DNA from: a virus
Taxonomy: Duplodnaviria > Caudoviricetes
Length of the DNA: 64,000 nucleotides
Direction: 5' to 3' (one strand)
IMG/VR virus record: IMGVR_UViG_3300045747_000505
Position numbers and translations under genes: made by a program. Positions within the stretch are counted from its first letter, which is position 1. Each line of letters opens with the position of its first letter. The notes under the pieces are model-generated. The model made no database searches. It saw nothing but the letters and a program-made list of their open reading frames with translations, and was not told the origin of the DNA. Positions 46,089 through 56,320 of this stretch are shown here, one piece after another.

Positions 46089-46268
46089 GTGATTCAGATT
46101 TGGAAGCAACCTGAAATGCCGTTGTTCGACTTCGAGCCGATCGCCGATGACGTGCTGATTTGGTTTGATACTCAGCACAACGTCGAGTATATCTTCAACG
46201 TCACTCGTCAAATGTGGCTTTGGTGGTATTCGGGCTCCTCAATCGAAGAAGTAAAGTCAGTTGGCTGA
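46089..46268 (+). CDS. hypothetical protein
   Basis: GTG start after stop; aromatic-rich. Confidence 0.4.
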   Translation: MIQIWKQPEMPLFDFEPIADDVLIWFDTQHNVEYIFNVTRQMWLWWYSGSSIEEVKSVG

Positions 46269-46656
46269 CATCATTCAATTCAGACCTCGCGTAGCGCCAC
46301 CAACATTTGCGGTGCTGCGCGAGCGTGCCGTCGAGGATATTACTTCTGATTGGGAGCGCTTCGCGCACGATAATCACCTCAACGATTACTTCATTCAAAG
46401 CGTTCCGCAGTGGACCGAAATCGGTCGCAATTACCTGGGCGATTTGAATTTGATTAGCGTCGTCGAGCAGAAGGTCAAGCTCGACCTGCAAATTACAGCA
46501 CCCTCCTACGACGGCGAGCGTCTCGGCTGGACGGCGTCCTTTGGGCTTTTCGAGTACGGTCTGACTGTCACTCCACCGATGGTCTTCGAAACGTACGCTC
46601 GCTGTTTTGCCGTGCTGCTCTTCCTTCGGTTGAAGCGTGACCTGTTGAAGTTGTAA
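46261..46656 (+). CDS. hypothetical protein
   Basis: DIIQFRPR leader; coupled. Confidence 0.6.
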   Translation: MADIIQFRPRVAPPTFAVLRERAVEDITSDWERFAHDNHLNDYFIQSVPQWTEIGRNYLGDLNLISVVEQKVKLDLQITAPSYDGERLGWTASFGLFEYGLTVTPPMVFETYARCFAVLLFLRLKRDLLKL

Positions 46657-46700
46657 CAACCCAACTTCGTTACACCTGGATTGCAGGTTCGGTGTATAAT
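46653..46700 (+). promoter_or_regulatory. short-spacing variant of the GTTACAC promoter
   Basis: GTAAC 46653, GTTACAC 46669, TATAAT 46695. Confidence 0.72.
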
Positions 46701-46726
46701 GGCTCAACGCCTACCGGAACCCAATC

Positions 46727-46930
46727 ATGTCCCCCACCACCTTCGTCTACACCTTCATCGTCTACGCGCTGGTCTACGAAATCGTCGCTGCCGACGATGA
46801 CAGCGCGCAGCGCGCCGCGAGCATCAAGCTCCTTCAGGACAAGATCACCGACCCCGGCTCCGCCTACTACTGGGAGCGGGACGAGGACAGCCCCGAGGTC
46901 TTCCGCTTCATCGAACGCTTTGTGGAGTGA
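46727..46930 (+). CDS. hypothetical protein
   Basis: After promoter at 46695; first of several small ORFs (about 46933-47097, 47099-47266). Confidence 0.55.
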   Translation: MSPTTFVYTFIVYALVYEIVAADDDSAQRAASIKLLQDKITDPGSAYYWERDEDSPEVFRFIERFVE

Positions 46931-47268
46931 TCATGCACTACACTCACAACTTCCCGCACGAAATCGTCTGGCTCGAAGCTCGCATCGCCGAGCTCGAAAC
47001 CATGCTTGGTCGCAAGCCGAGCGTGAGCCGCCAGATCACCGACCTCAAGCGTCAGATCCGCGAACGCGAACTGGCTCTCACCTTTCACGGATTCTGAAAT
47101 GAAAAATCGCTTCACCAAGGACTACGGCCGCTACACCATCTTCGGCTGTGGCGTCATCACGCTCCGCTCGCAGCACGCGATCGACACGTGCCTGGACTAC
47201 GGATTTCCGATCCACACGCTCTTCGGCCGCAAGTTCGGTTTCTCCATCTTCCACGTGGCGAAGTGACC

Positions 47269-47823
47269 ATGCTCACCTACTTCAAAGAGGTCGACCTCGA
47301 CGAGGGCTTCGCCGTCCTCGGCCTGCCCAAGAGCCAGCGCCTCATCGGCGGCAGAACGTTCGACCCTGCCGCCGGCAAGGAGCTCTACCTTGCCATGCTG
47401 CTCGCTGACCAACCCCTTCGGTGCTGGCAGTGCGGTCTGCTGGCGAACTGCTTCATTCTGAACCGTGGCAAGAACGACCACGTGCGTCGTCCGGTTCTCG
47501 ACCTTTACAGCAAGAACAACGGCGTTTACACGCTGATGACTCGGGATCACATCATCCCGAAGTCGCGTGGAGGCACGAACGATGTCGCCAACCTGCGCGT
47601 CGGCTGCGGTCCGTGCAACCACTCACGTGGCAACTACATGACCGAGGAAGAGGTCGCCTTTCGCGACGCCAACCCGCACCTCTGGAAGCCCGAGCTCGAC
47701 AAGGGTGAGACGGTGCTGGCGCCGAAGATGACGCCAGCTCAGAAGCGTCGTCGGTGCCGTCGTCGCAAGAGCAAGTCGACCTTCCCGAGCCGCGTTACAA
47801 CCTGCGCTCTGGCCTTGGCGTGA
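47269..47823 (+). CDS. HNH endonuclease-domain protein
   Basis: CWQC...TRDHIIPKSRGG.N...NL...CGPCN..RGN. Confidence 0.88.
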   Translation: MLTYFKEVDLDEGFAVLGLPKSQRLIGGRTFDPAAGKELYLAMLLADQPLRCWQCGLLANCFILNRGKNDHVRRPVLDLYSKNNGVYTLMTRDHIIPKSRGGTNDVANLRVGCGPCNHSRGNYMTEEEVAFRDANPHLWKPELDKGETVLAPKMTPAQKRRRCRRRKSKSTFPSRVTTCALALA

Positions 47824-48101
47824 CCAAGTTCACCGAAGCTGAACAAGCCGCGCTTGATTGGCTTGTTTACGAAGGCGGCAGCATGCTCGTCTCGAAGATC
47901 CCTGACCGAAACGAGGTCGATGGCGTCTTTCGTAACATCACGCCCGGCCTGCCGGTGTTTCGCAAGCTCGAGAAGCGTGGCCTCCTCTACTTCACCGAGG
48001 GTGAAGAGCTCAAGCTGGACGATGGTTCAATTTTTCAATTTACGCCGGACGTCTACCTCGTAACAGATCCGTCAGGATGTTACACCTTTCAAGTAGCCTG
48101 A
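47820..48101 (+). CDS. hypothetical protein
   Basis: GTGA coupling. Confidence 0.5.
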   Translation: MTKFTEAEQAALDWLVYEGGSMLVSKIPDRNEVDGVFRNITPGLPVFRKLEKRGLLYFTEGEELKLDDGSIFQFTPDVYLVTDPSGCYTFQVA

Positions 48102-48128
48102 ACCGCCTTTTCGTGATAGAATGACATC

Positions 48129-49538
48129 ATGCAAACGGAGATCACAATGACTGATGCACTCAATGCCCAACTCGCCGACGCGCTCACCACGCTCGGCGCC
48201 GCCATGGAAGAACGCAACCTTCGCCAACTGGTTAGCGTCCGCACCATCGACCGTCTCGAACCCATCGAAGGCGCCGACCTGATCGAGCTCGCCGTGATCG
48301 GTGGCTGGAAGGTCGTTGTCAAGCGTGGTGAGTTTCAACCGCTCGACCAGTGCGTCTACTTCGAGATCGACTGCTTCCTCCCCGATGGCAATCCGGCCTG
48401 GCAATTCCTGGTCGACAAGTCCAGCCGCCTGTTTCAAGGCGTCAAGGGTCACAAGTTGCGCACCATCAAGCTGCGCGGCCAGATCAGTCAGGGCCTGATC
48501 CTGCCGATCGACGCTCTGCCGGTCGTTGCCTACGTTGCGGCCACCGGCGCCGTTGGCCGCAAGCACCTCGGTGCCATGCTGACCGACGAAGTTCGCAACG
48601 AGGCTGACACGCTCTGCCAAGTCATCGGCATGAAGGACGACGAAGGTGTCGAGACCGAGGTCACCGACTTCGACTTCGCCAGCCTGCTCGGTGTCGTCAA
48701 GTGGGAAGCCGAGCTGCCCGCCTGCCTGGCTGGTCAAGCTCAAGGTCTGTTCCCGAGCTTCATTCGCAAGACCGATCAAGAGCGCTGCCAGAACCTGGTT
48801 GGCGAGATCTTCGGCTACGATGACCGGCTGGTTCCGTTCGACGTCACGCCGCTGATCCCTGAAGCGCTGGCTGCTCTGCAAGAGCAAGGCATTCTGAAGC
48901 AGGTCGATGGCGAGTGGTTCAAGCTCCTGAAGGCCAAGGCCGACCGTGACGCTCGCTACGAGATCACGATGAAGCTCGACGGCAGCAGCACGACGTTCTT
49001 CCACCGCGACGGCGAGGTCGGTGTTTGCAGCCGCAACCTGCAGCTCAAGATCAGCGAAGAGAACGCCGAGAACAGCTTCGTTCGCATGCTGTTCGACAGC
49101 GGCCTGAACTGGGCTCTGCCGACGCTCGGCAACGTCGCCATTCAAGGCGAGCTGATGGGTCCTGGCATTCAAGGCAACCGTGAGAACCTGAAGCAGTTCG
49201 AGTTCTTCGTGTTCGACGTGCAGCTGATCGACGAAGGTCGCTTCATGACCGCCGACGAACGGATGGCGCTGATGAACCAGCTGGCTCGAATTGGCGTCAA
49301 CATGGGCATCGTCCATCACGCTCCGGTGTTCGACGGCAAGAAGTTCGTCAGCGACTTCATCACGCCGACCTTCACGCTGGACGAGCTGGGCATCACCGAT
49401 GTCGCTGGACTGCTGAAGTTCGTCGAAGGTCCGAGCCTGAACCACGCCATCCGTGAAGGTGACGTCTTCAAGCGCGACGACGGCAAGTTCAGCTTCAAGG
49501 GAATCAACAACCTGTTCCTGGCCAAGGAGAAGGAATGA
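48129..49538 (+). CDS. RNA ligase, DRB0094/Rnl5 family
   Basis: RQLVSVR..I.PIEGAD.IE..GGWKVVV, KLRGQISQGL, KTDQERCQN, KLDGSS, QGE.MGPGIQGN, FVFD, EG.VFK. Confidence 0.92.
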   Translation: MQTEITMTDALNAQLADALTTLGAAMEERNLRQLVSVRTIDRLEPIEGADLIELAVIGGWKVVVKRGEFQPLDQCVYFEIDCFLPDGNPAWQFLVDKSSRLFQGVKGHKLRTIKLRGQISQGLILPIDALPVVAYVAATGAVGRKHLGAMLTDEVRNEADTLCQVIGMKDDEGVETEVTDFDFASLLGVVKWEAELPACLAGQAQGLFPSFIRKTDQERCQNLVGEIFGYDDRLVPFDVTPLIPEALAALQEQGILKQVDGEWFKLLKAKADRDARYEITMKLDGSSTTFFHRDGEVGVCSRNLQLKISEENAENSFVRMLFDSGLNWALPTLGNVAIQGELMGPGIQGNRENLKQFEFFVFDVQLIDEGRFMTADERMALMNQLARIGVNMGIVHHAPVFDGKKFVSDFITPTFTLDELGITDVAGLLKFVEGPSLNHAIREGDVFKRDDGKFSFKGINNLFLAKEKE

Positions 49539-49756
49539 CCACGACCAACCTCACCTTCGACGCTGTGTCGATGCTGAAGCTCCTGGCCAAGCAGATTCAG
49601 GCGGACATCGACTACGCCTACCCGCACAACGGCCTTGCCGGAGACCGGAGCAAGCATCTCTTCAACCCCGGCAAGGGCCACACGGCCCTCGTCTCCATTC
49701 AAGGCGAAGTGCGCGCCATGGAAGCCGTGCTCGACAACCTCAAGGAATCAACGTGA
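49535..49756 (+). CDS. hypothetical protein
   Basis: Coupled ORF. Confidence 0.55.
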   Translation: MTTTNLTFDAVSMLKLLAKQIQADIDYAYPHNGLAGDRSKHLFNPGKGHTALVSIQGEVRAMEAVLDNLKEST

Positions 49757-49965
49757 CCTGGCTCGCAGACGTCTCCAAGGATCGCCCGACCGGCGATGCG
49801 CTCGACAAGGTCATGGCTCAACGCGCCAAGCTGATCGCGCAAATCGAAGCCCTCAAGGCCTCGCCGTGTGGCAAGTCTCAGTCTGCCATCAACGGTCGCC
49901 TCGAGGACCTCACCGCGCTGGCCAAAAAGGTCACCGCTATTGATCGCAAGATCGGAAGAACATGA
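49753..49965 (+). CDS. hypothetical protein
   Basis: AAGGA RBS, GTGA coupling. Confidence 0.5.
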   Translation: MTWLADVSKDRPTGDALDKVMAQRAKLIAQIEALKASPCGKSQSAINGRLEDLTALAKKVTAIDRKIGRT

Positions 49966-50243
49966 CCTCAGCTACTGACTTCGCATCGCTTGACCTGCTT
50001 GACCCACCAGCCGTTGTGGCTCGTGGCGCCGTGCTGCCAGGCGTGCCGAAGCCACCAGCAGCACGGCGCGCTGTACCGAAGGTTCAAGACCCGCGCTTCC
50101 CGCACATTCGGTTCCTCAAGAACGAAGGTTCGCTGCTGCGCGATTTGAACGACCGAATCGGGCCACAGGTCATCGCGTTCATTCCAACCGTCGCCATCAT
50201 GGGCGGTGTCGTCTTCGTCGCTCGTCACTTTCTATTCGGCTAG
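49962..50243 (+). CDS. hypothetical protein, C-terminal TM
   Basis: Coupled ORF. Confidence 0.5.
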   Translation: MTSATDFASLDLLDPPAVVARGAVLPGVPKPPAARRAVPKVQDPRFPHIRFLKNEGSLLRDLNDRIGPQVIAFIPTVAIMGGVVFVARHFLFG

Positions 50244-50246
50244 CCA

Positions 50247-50630
50247 ATGGCACGCTCCAATCTCACCGTCGCGCAGAAGGTCGTTGTCGTGGCGGCGATC
50301 GTCACGGTGTTTCTCACGCTGTTCGGCTGGTTCGTTCTTTGGTGGGATGGTATCTTCACCGGACTGAACCACTTCGGTCTGCCGTGGTGGGCAGCGCTGC
50401 TCTGTCTCATCGTGCTCTTTGTTCTGCTACCACGCCTCACAAGCTTCTGTTGCATGCTGCTTGGCGTCTGGACCGCCTACGTCCTTTGGGACTGGTGGTT
50501 CATCTTCGCGGTCTCGCTCTACATGCCAACCATCGCGACCTTCATTAAAGGTCTCGTCTTCAGTCTCATTGTCGCAGTCTTTGAAGTACTGCTAACCGTC
50601 GTGACCATCGTCTTTGGAAACAAATCATGA
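50247..50630 (+). CDS. multi-pass membrane protein
   Basis: Mostly hydrophobic, about 4 TMs. Confidence 0.65.
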   Translation: MARSNLTVAQKVVVVAAIVTVFLTLFGWFVLWWDGIFTGLNHFGLPWWAALLCLIVLFVLLPRLTSFCCMLLGVWTAYVLWDWWFIFAVSLYMPTIATFIKGLVFSLIVAVFEVLLTVVTIVFGNKS

Positions 50631-51766
50631 TCAATCAACTGCTTCTCTGGTTCGCGCTGCTGCCGATCGGGCTTGGCGTCGCCATCTGGTACTTCCTGCG
50701 TGGGCAAGACACTCGCTACACCGGACCACGCTCGATCTACTTCGGCGCCGCCTTCGCCTTCGTCGGCGTGCTGATCTCGGCTGGAGCCTTCTACGGCTCG
50801 AGCGCCGCAGCCACTGCCGACACTGAAATCTGGAACGGGCAGGTCACCGGTAAGGACCGTGAGCACGGCACCTACGAGCAGCCGTACTCGTGCAACTGTC
50901 GAACCGTGACGACCGGGTCCGGCAACAATCAAACGTCCACGACCGTGTGCGACACCTGCTATGAGACGCACTACACCGTCAAGTGGACGTGCAACTCCAC
51001 CATCGGCGGCTTCACCATCGATAGCAAGGACTCGACGTCGAGCAGCGTCTATCGCTCAGCGGACCCGAGCTTCTACGTGCAAGCGCAGCCCGGCGACCCG
51101 GCAGCCAAGACGCACACGTACACCAACTACGTGCAAGCCGTGCCTGAGAGCCTGTTCAAGCCGTCGCCAGCAGCCCTCAAGGCGAAGTTCGCAGGGCTCG
51201 TCCCGGCCTATCCGGATCAGATCTTCAACTTCTACAACATCAATCGCTTTCTGACGCCGGGCTACTCGACCCCTGACGCAGCGGCTTGGAACCGTGACAT
51301 CAGTCTGATGCTGCGCGAGCTCGGTCCCAAGAAGCAAGTCAACCTCATCGTGGTCGTCGCCAAGACGGCGGACATGGACTATGAGTACGCTCTGCGAGAT
51401 GCGTGGGAAGGCGTCAACAAGAACGACGTCGTCGTCCTCATCGGCAGCGCAGCGTGGCCCAAGATCGACTACGTTCGAGTGCTGAGCTGGACTAAGAAGG
51501 AGATCTTCAAGATCGAGCTGCGCGATTCAATTCAAGCTCTCAACACGATTCAGCGCGAACCCATTCTGAACCTGATCAGCGCACAGATCAACAAGAACTT
51601 CGAACGGCGCCACATGAGCGAGTTCAAGTACCTCGAAGCCGAGATCGATCCTCCGACGTGGCTGCTGATTCTGCTAGCGGTCAGCCTGATCCTCTCAGCC
51701 GGTGGTATCGCTGCTGCCGAGCTCGGAATGTTCGCCAAGAAGAAGTCTAGGTTCGGACGCTACTGA
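50627..51766 (+). CDS. membrane protein with Cys-rich periplasmic insert and TPM-like domain
   Basis: Two N-terminal TMs, CNC...CDTC...C, alpha/beta domain (VNLIVVV, NDVVVLIG), C-terminal TM. Confidence 0.7.
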   Translation: MINQLLLWFALLPIGLGVAIWYFLRGQDTRYTGPRSIYFGAAFAFVGVLISAGAFYGSSAAATADTEIWNGQVTGKDREHGTYEQPYSCNCRTVTTGSGNNQTSTTVCDTCYETHYTVKWTCNSTIGGFTIDSKDSTSSSVYRSADPSFYVQAQPGDPAAKTHTYTNYVQAVPESLFKPSPAALKAKFAGLVPAYPDQIFNFYNINRFLTPGYSTPDAAAWNRDISLMLRELGPKKQVNLIVVVAKTADMDYEYALRDAWEGVNKNDVVVLIGSAAWPKIDYVRVLSWTKKEIFKIELRDSIQALNTIQREPILNLISAQINKNFERRHMSEFKYLEAEIDPPTWLLILLAVSLILSAGGIAAAELGMFAKKKSRFGRY

Positions 51767-51849
51767 ACCTGAAAAGAGCGAACCTGAGGGTTCGCTTACC
51801 AACTATAATCGCATCTGTTCTATCAACCCTCCACACCACCGGAGTCCAA

Positions 51850-52413
51850 ATGAAAGCTTCCAACGTCATCGTCATCGCCACCGTCGGTGCCATCGCTCTC
51901 GTCGGCATCGCCACCTACGTCTCCAACGCGAACCTCGGCAATCGCCTCGAGGTCTCCATCAAGGCCAAGTACGCCGACAACGAGAACGTCTACGCGCAAG
52001 GCACGCAGAAGGTCATCGAGATCGCGCAAGTGCCCGAGATGTACCGTGATGACGTCAGCAAGGTCACCCGCGACGCCATCGGCGGCCGCTACGGTGAAGG
52101 CGGCTCGAAGGCCGTTTTCCAGATGCTGCGTGAGCAGAACCCGCAGCTCGACGCCAGCATGTACAAAGCCATTCAACAGGCCATCGAAGCGTTCCGCAAC
52201 GAGTTCAGGAACTCGCAGACCGAGCTGCTCGACAAGTGCCGCAACTACGAGACGCTGCGCGGCAACGTGTGGTCTGGCATGTGGCTGAGCATCGCCGGCT
52301 ACCCGAAGCAGGACATCAACAAGATGTGCACCATCGTGTCGACCGCCAAGGCCGCCGCGACCTTCGAGTCCAAGCGCGACACCGGCATCACCCTTCGTCC
52401 GGCCCCGAAGTGA
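51850..52413 (+). CDS. membrane-anchored helical protein (LemA-like)
   Basis: N-terminal TM, helical soluble domain, W..IAGYP. Confidence 0.6.
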   Translation: MKASNVIVIATVGAIALVGIATYVSNANLGNRLEVSIKAKYADNENVYAQGTQKVIEIAQVPEMYRDDVSKVTRDAIGGRYGEGGSKAVFQMLREQNPQLDASMYKAIQQAIEAFRNEFRNSQTELLDKCRNYETLRGNVWSGMWLSIAGYPKQDINKMCTIVSTAKAAATFESKRDTGITLRPAPK

Positions 52414-52511
52414 GCAAGCAGCAGGGCTCGACCCTGCTCGACCTGGTCATCTGGGTTGTGCTCGGTCTGATTCTCTACCTCGCGATCATCGAGCCAACCC
52501 TTCACCCCTAA
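52410..52511 (+). CDS. 33-aa single-TM peptide
   Basis: GTGA coupling; hydrophobic core. Confidence 0.4.
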   Translation: MSKQQGSTLLDLVIWVVLGLILYLAIIEPTLHP

Positions 52512-52523
52512 GGACATCATCAC

Positions 52524-53171
52524 ATGTGGTCATCAATCAAAGGCGCCATCTTCGAAGCCGATCCGGCCGAAGCCACCAAGGCAGCGCCCGCACCGGCTGG
52601 ACAAGCCAAGCCAGCCATCACTGGCGCTCCCATCGCCATCTCGGCCGGCGTCAATCAAGACATGGTCGGCGCGATCAAGAAGGTCACGCTCTCTCGCAAC
52701 TCGGCCTACACTCGCCTGCTTCAAGCAGCCGAAGCGCTGGCTGACGTCATTCCCGACGCCGTGATGCGCCTCAAGGCCGCGCACAAGACCGGCGGTGCTG
52801 GCGCCACTGGGCAGCAGATCGGTGCCGCAGTCGACATTCACCTGCAGGACGTCGATGCCGAGGTTGGTCGCTTCAAGGCCAGCGTCGAGGGCAAGATCAA
52901 GTCCGAGGTCGGTCAGCTCGAGAACGAAGTGCAGATGGCTGCCGCAGGCATCACGACTGCCAACTCGCAGATCGAAGCCGCACGCAAGCGCATCATCGAG
53001 CTCGAAGACGCCATTCGCGACCTCAACGCCAAGGGCGCCGCAGCGCAAGCCAGCGCGCTCACAACCCGCGCTCAGTACGAGAACGCGATCAACGAGTTCA
53101 CCACGGCCGCTGCCACAGTTCGCGATGAGCTGAACGCCAGCAAGGCCGCCATTCTTTCCACCCTCAAGTAA
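52524..53171 (+). CDS. coiled-coil hypothetical protein
   Basis: AAGGA RBS; long heptad C-terminal half. Confidence 0.75.
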   Translation: MWSSIKGAIFEADPAEATKAAPAPAGQAKPAITGAPIAISAGVNQDMVGAIKKVTLSRNSAYTRLLQAAEALADVIPDAVMRLKAAHKTGGAGATGQQIGAAVDIHLQDVDAEVGRFKASVEGKIKSEVGQLENEVQMAAAGITTANSQIEAARKRIIELEDAIRDLNAKGAAAQASALTTRAQYENAINEFTTAAATVRDELNASKAAILSTLK

Positions 53172-53183
53172 GGACAATCCACC

Positions 53184-54209
53184 GTGTCAGACCTCAATCA
53201 AAAGATGAAGTCCTTCTGGGAACGCCCAGAAGGCAACACCGGCATGATCGTGCTGGCGCTTGGCGCCGCCGGTCTCTGGTTCGCCAAGGACGCGCTGCTC
53301 AGCGGCGTGACCACGCTGCGCTCGCTCGTCAACGAGACGATCTTCCTCACCATCAGCGGCGTGGCTCTGTTCCTGCTGCTCAACATCATCTTCAACCCGC
53401 GGGTGCAGAACCTCGTCACCTACGGCTTCAAGTCGATCATGCGCCTGATCACGCAGGCCTTCGTCGAGATCGATCCGATCGGCATCATGAGGTCCTACGT
53501 CGATCGCATGAAGGACAAGCGCGAGGTCATGAGCACGCTGCGTGACAAGTTGAAGGGTCAGCTCCGAATCATCGAGCAGAAGATCAAGGACAACTCGACT
53601 GGCTACGACAACGCCATGCGCATGGTCAAGGTCGCCAAGGAGCAGGGCAAGACCGCAGCGCTGACCGTGCAGTCCCGTCAAGCTGGCCGGCTCGAGAAGC
53701 TGAACGCCGAGACCTATCTGCCCCTCAGGGCTCAGATGGAAGCGCACCTTCGTGCCGCCAACAAGTACCATGAGGTGACCGGCATCGTCATCGAGGACCT
53801 GGAGAACGAGGTCACCGCTCAGTCTGATCGTCGCAAGATGATGACCGCCTCCTACGGTGTGATGAAGGCTGCCAAGTCGATCATGTCCAGCGGCGGCACC
53901 GAGCGCGAGCTGTTCGACCAAGCCATGGAGTACGTGGTCGAGGACTACGGCATGAAGCTCGGCGAGATCGAGCAGTTCATCGAGAACTCGCAGCCCTTCG
54001 TCGACGGTCTCGACATGCAGAACGGCATGTACGAAGCCTCGGCCCTCGAACGTCTTCAGGCCTGGGAAGCCAAGGCCGATGGCATTCTGCTCTCGCCGAA
54101 GGACAAGCAGCAGCTGCAGCTCGAGAACGCTCCGACCGCAGCGACCTTCAACTTCGCCATCGGCAACCCGGCAGCCGTCGACTACGACGCGCTCATTCGC
54201 AAGCAGTAA
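53184..54209 (+). CDS. TM-anchored long coiled-coil protein (PspA/IM30-like)
   Basis: Two N-terminal TMs then about 250 aa helical; DPI.I....V..M motif. Confidence 0.7.
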   Translation: MSDLNQKMKSFWERPEGNTGMIVLALGAAGLWFAKDALLSGVTTLRSLVNETIFLTISGVALFLLLNIIFNPRVQNLVTYGFKSIMRLITQAFVEIDPIGIMRSYVDRMKDKREVMSTLRDKLKGQLRIIEQKIKDNSTGYDNAMRMVKVAKEQGKTAALTVQSRQAGRLEKLNAETYLPLRAQMEAHLRAANKYHEVTGIVIEDLENEVTAQSDRRKMMTASYGVMKAAKSIMSSGGTERELFDQAMEYVVEDYGMKLGEIEQFIENSQPFVDGLDMQNGMYEASALERLQAWEAKADGILLSPKDKQQLQLENAPTAATFNFAIGNPAAVDYDALIRKQ

Positions 54210-54246
54210 CACGGTGGAACCAACGGCTACGGCCGTTGGAGTGGCG

Positions 54247-54272
54247 GGGACGAGATCGAAAGGTCTCGTCCC
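54247..54272 (+). terminator. hairpin with GAAA loop after PspA-like gene
   Basis: GGGACGAGATC-GAAA-GGTCTCGTCCC. Confidence 0.6.
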
Positions 54273-54283
54273 TTGTTGCGTTG

Positions 54284-54329
54284 TGAACCTAGAACAAGTC
54301 AACACAACTTTTCGCCTTCAAGCTATAAT
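54284..54329 (+). promoter_or_regulatory. TGAACC-N34-TATAAT promoter of PBP-OmpA gene
   Basis: TGAACC starts 40 nt before -10 box, as at 9471, 51764 and 57475. Confidence 0.6.
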
Positions 54330-54385
54330 GTCTTCACGCTCTTCAAGAGCGAGCTGACCATCTCAACCGCAACTCAAGGAAACAA

Positions 54386-56080
54386 ATGCTGTCACGTATG
54401 AAACCCCTCCCGAAGGCCATTCTGCTCGCGCTCGTCGTGGGTGGTGCCGTCTTCGCCTACAAGCAATTCGCTGGTGACTACTTCAAGCCGAAGGCTGAGG
54501 TCGCCGTGGCCGTGCCCGACAAGATCGATCTGCCGACCGCCGTCGCTGGTGCTGCAACCTCGACCACGATCGGCGCCACGCCGGTGACGAGCGCCGAACC
54601 GATTCGCGCTGACATTCTGGCGTGGAACGCTCAGATGGGCCTGCCCTACGCCAATGGTGGTGTCACGACCGCCGCTGGCTCGCTGATGGCCAAGCGCGGT
54701 CTGACCGTGACGCTCACGCGTCAGGACATGTACGACCAGATGCAATCCAACCTGGCCGCCTACGCCAAGGACCCGAAGACCGGCACGCAGATCGCCGTGA
54801 TCATGGGCGACGGCTATCCGGCCTTCGCCATCGGTGCGAACACCGCGCTGAAGCCGTTCAATCAGAACGTCGTCGTCATCGGCTCGCTCGGCTACAGCCG
54901 TGGTGAGGACAAGTGCGTGGTCGACGACAAGCTGTCGAGCTTGCGTGGTGCCGTTGTCGCTGGCGTGCTCGGCGATGGTGACATCAACATCTGCATCAAG
55001 AAGGCTGCCGACGACGGCATTGCCGTGAACTCCAACCCGAAGACCTACGACCCGGCCGCGCTCAACTTCGTCGGCACCAAGGACTTCGTCGAAGCCGACG
55101 AGAAGTTCATCGCTGGCTACTGTGAAGACCGCAAGAACACCGTCACCGGCAAGTCTGGCAACGTGTGCGTGAACGGCTCGGCCACGTGGACGCCTGGCGA
55201 CGTGAAGCTCGCGACCAAGCGTGGTCACATCAAGGTCATGGCCTCCACGAAGGAATACGCTTGGCAGATGCCGGCGACGATCATCGCCAACAAGCAGTGG
55301 GCAGCCGCTCACGCTGATCAGGTCAAGGCGTTCCTCGCCGCGGCCCTCGAAGGTGGTGAGATCGTTCGCAGCAACCCCGCCGAGCTGCTCAAGGGTGCTG
55401 CAGTCAGTGCCGCCGTGTACAAGGAAGAAGCCGCAGCCTACTGGGCGAAGTACTACACCGGCGTCGTCGAGATGGACAAGACTGGCAACCAGATCTTCCT
55501 CGGTGGTTCGACCTCCAGCGGTCTGGCTGACAATGCGTTCCTCTTCGGTCTGAACGGCAACGACAACCTGTACAAGAAGGTCTACACGGTCTATGGCAAC
55601 ATCGCCGTCAAGTACTTCCCCGACGTGATGCCTGGTGGTCTGCGTGACTACGACTCAGTCGTCGACACGAGCTACCTGCAAGCGCTGCTCGGTGCCTCCA
55701 CGGCTCTGGCTGCTCCGCAGACTCCGTCGTTCGGTGGTCAGACGACTGGCACCTTCGCCGCTCGGACCTACGCCATCGAGTTCGACACTGGCAAGGCGAC
55801 CTTCACGCCGAAGACCGTGGCCGTGCTCAACACCGTGCTGGACAACGCTGCGGTCACCGCGCTGAACGTCCAGATCAATGGTCACACCGACTCGGTCGGC
55901 GACCCGACCAGCAATCTGGCCCTGTCCAAGGCTCGTGCCGAGGCCGTCAAGAACTTCCTGATGACCAACGCTCCGAAGAACTTCCCGGCAGAGCGCGTCA
56001 CGACCCGTGGCTTCGGCGACACGATGCCGATCGGCACCAACGCTCAGAACCGCCGCGTTGAAATCGTCTTCCTCAAGTAA
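54386..56080 (+). CDS. periplasmic substrate-binding protein fused to C-terminal OmpA-like peptidoglycan-binding domain
   Basis: Signal anchor, type-2 PBP-like body, GHTDSVG...NLALSKARAEAV...GFG...NRRVEI. Confidence 0.88.
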   Translation: MLSRMKPLPKAILLALVVGGAVFAYKQFAGDYFKPKAEVAVAVPDKIDLPTAVAGAATSTTIGATPVTSAEPIRADILAWNAQMGLPYANGGVTTAAGSLMAKRGLTVTLTRQDMYDQMQSNLAAYAKDPKTGTQIAVIMGDGYPAFAIGANTALKPFNQNVVVIGSLGYSRGEDKCVVDDKLSSLRGAVVAGVLGDGDINICIKKAADDGIAVNSNPKTYDPAALNFVGTKDFVEADEKFIAGYCEDRKNTVTGKSGNVCVNGSATWTPGDVKLATKRGHIKVMASTKEYAWQMPATIIANKQWAAAHADQVKAFLAAALEGGEIVRSNPAELLKGAAVSAAVYKEEAAAYWAKYYTGVVEMDKTGNQIFLGGSTSSGLADNAFLFGLNGNDNLYKKVYTVYGNIAVKYFPDVMPGGLRDYDSVVDTSYLQALLGASTALAAPQTPSFGGQTTGTFAARTYAIEFDTGKATFTPKTVAVLNTVLDNAAVTALNVQINGHTDSVGDPTSNLALSKARAEAVKNFLMTNAPKNFPAERVTTRGFGDTMPIGTNAQNRRVEIVFLK

Positions 56081-56090
56081 GACGTGACAC

Positions 56091-56114
56091 GAGGCAGCGC
56101 AAGCTGCCTCCTTT
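56091..56114 (+). terminator. hairpin with GCAA loop after PBP-OmpA gene
   Basis: GAGGCAGC-GCAA-GCTGCCTC followed by CTTT. Confidence 0.6.
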
Positions 56115-56152
56115 CAAAAGAACCTGCTCAGGTTCTTCTAAAAGGAGCTCCA

Positions 56153-56320
56153 ATGTTCACGCTCATGATCATCTACTCAGCATCGACGCAAGGTGCTATG
56201 ACCAGTCAGCTGAAGGACTTCGCCACCAAGGATGAAGCTGATGCGGTGGCTGCTAGCCTCAGAGAGCGAGCCAACCAAATCGCCGGCTACCTCACGATCA
56301 TCAAGCTCTACGAAGTATGA
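56153..56320 (+). CDS. hypothetical protein
   Basis: AAAGGAG RBS before ATG; coupled to permease. Confidence 0.55.
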   Translation: MFTLMIIYSASTQGAMTSQLKDFATKDEADAVAASLRERANQIAGYLTIIKLYEV

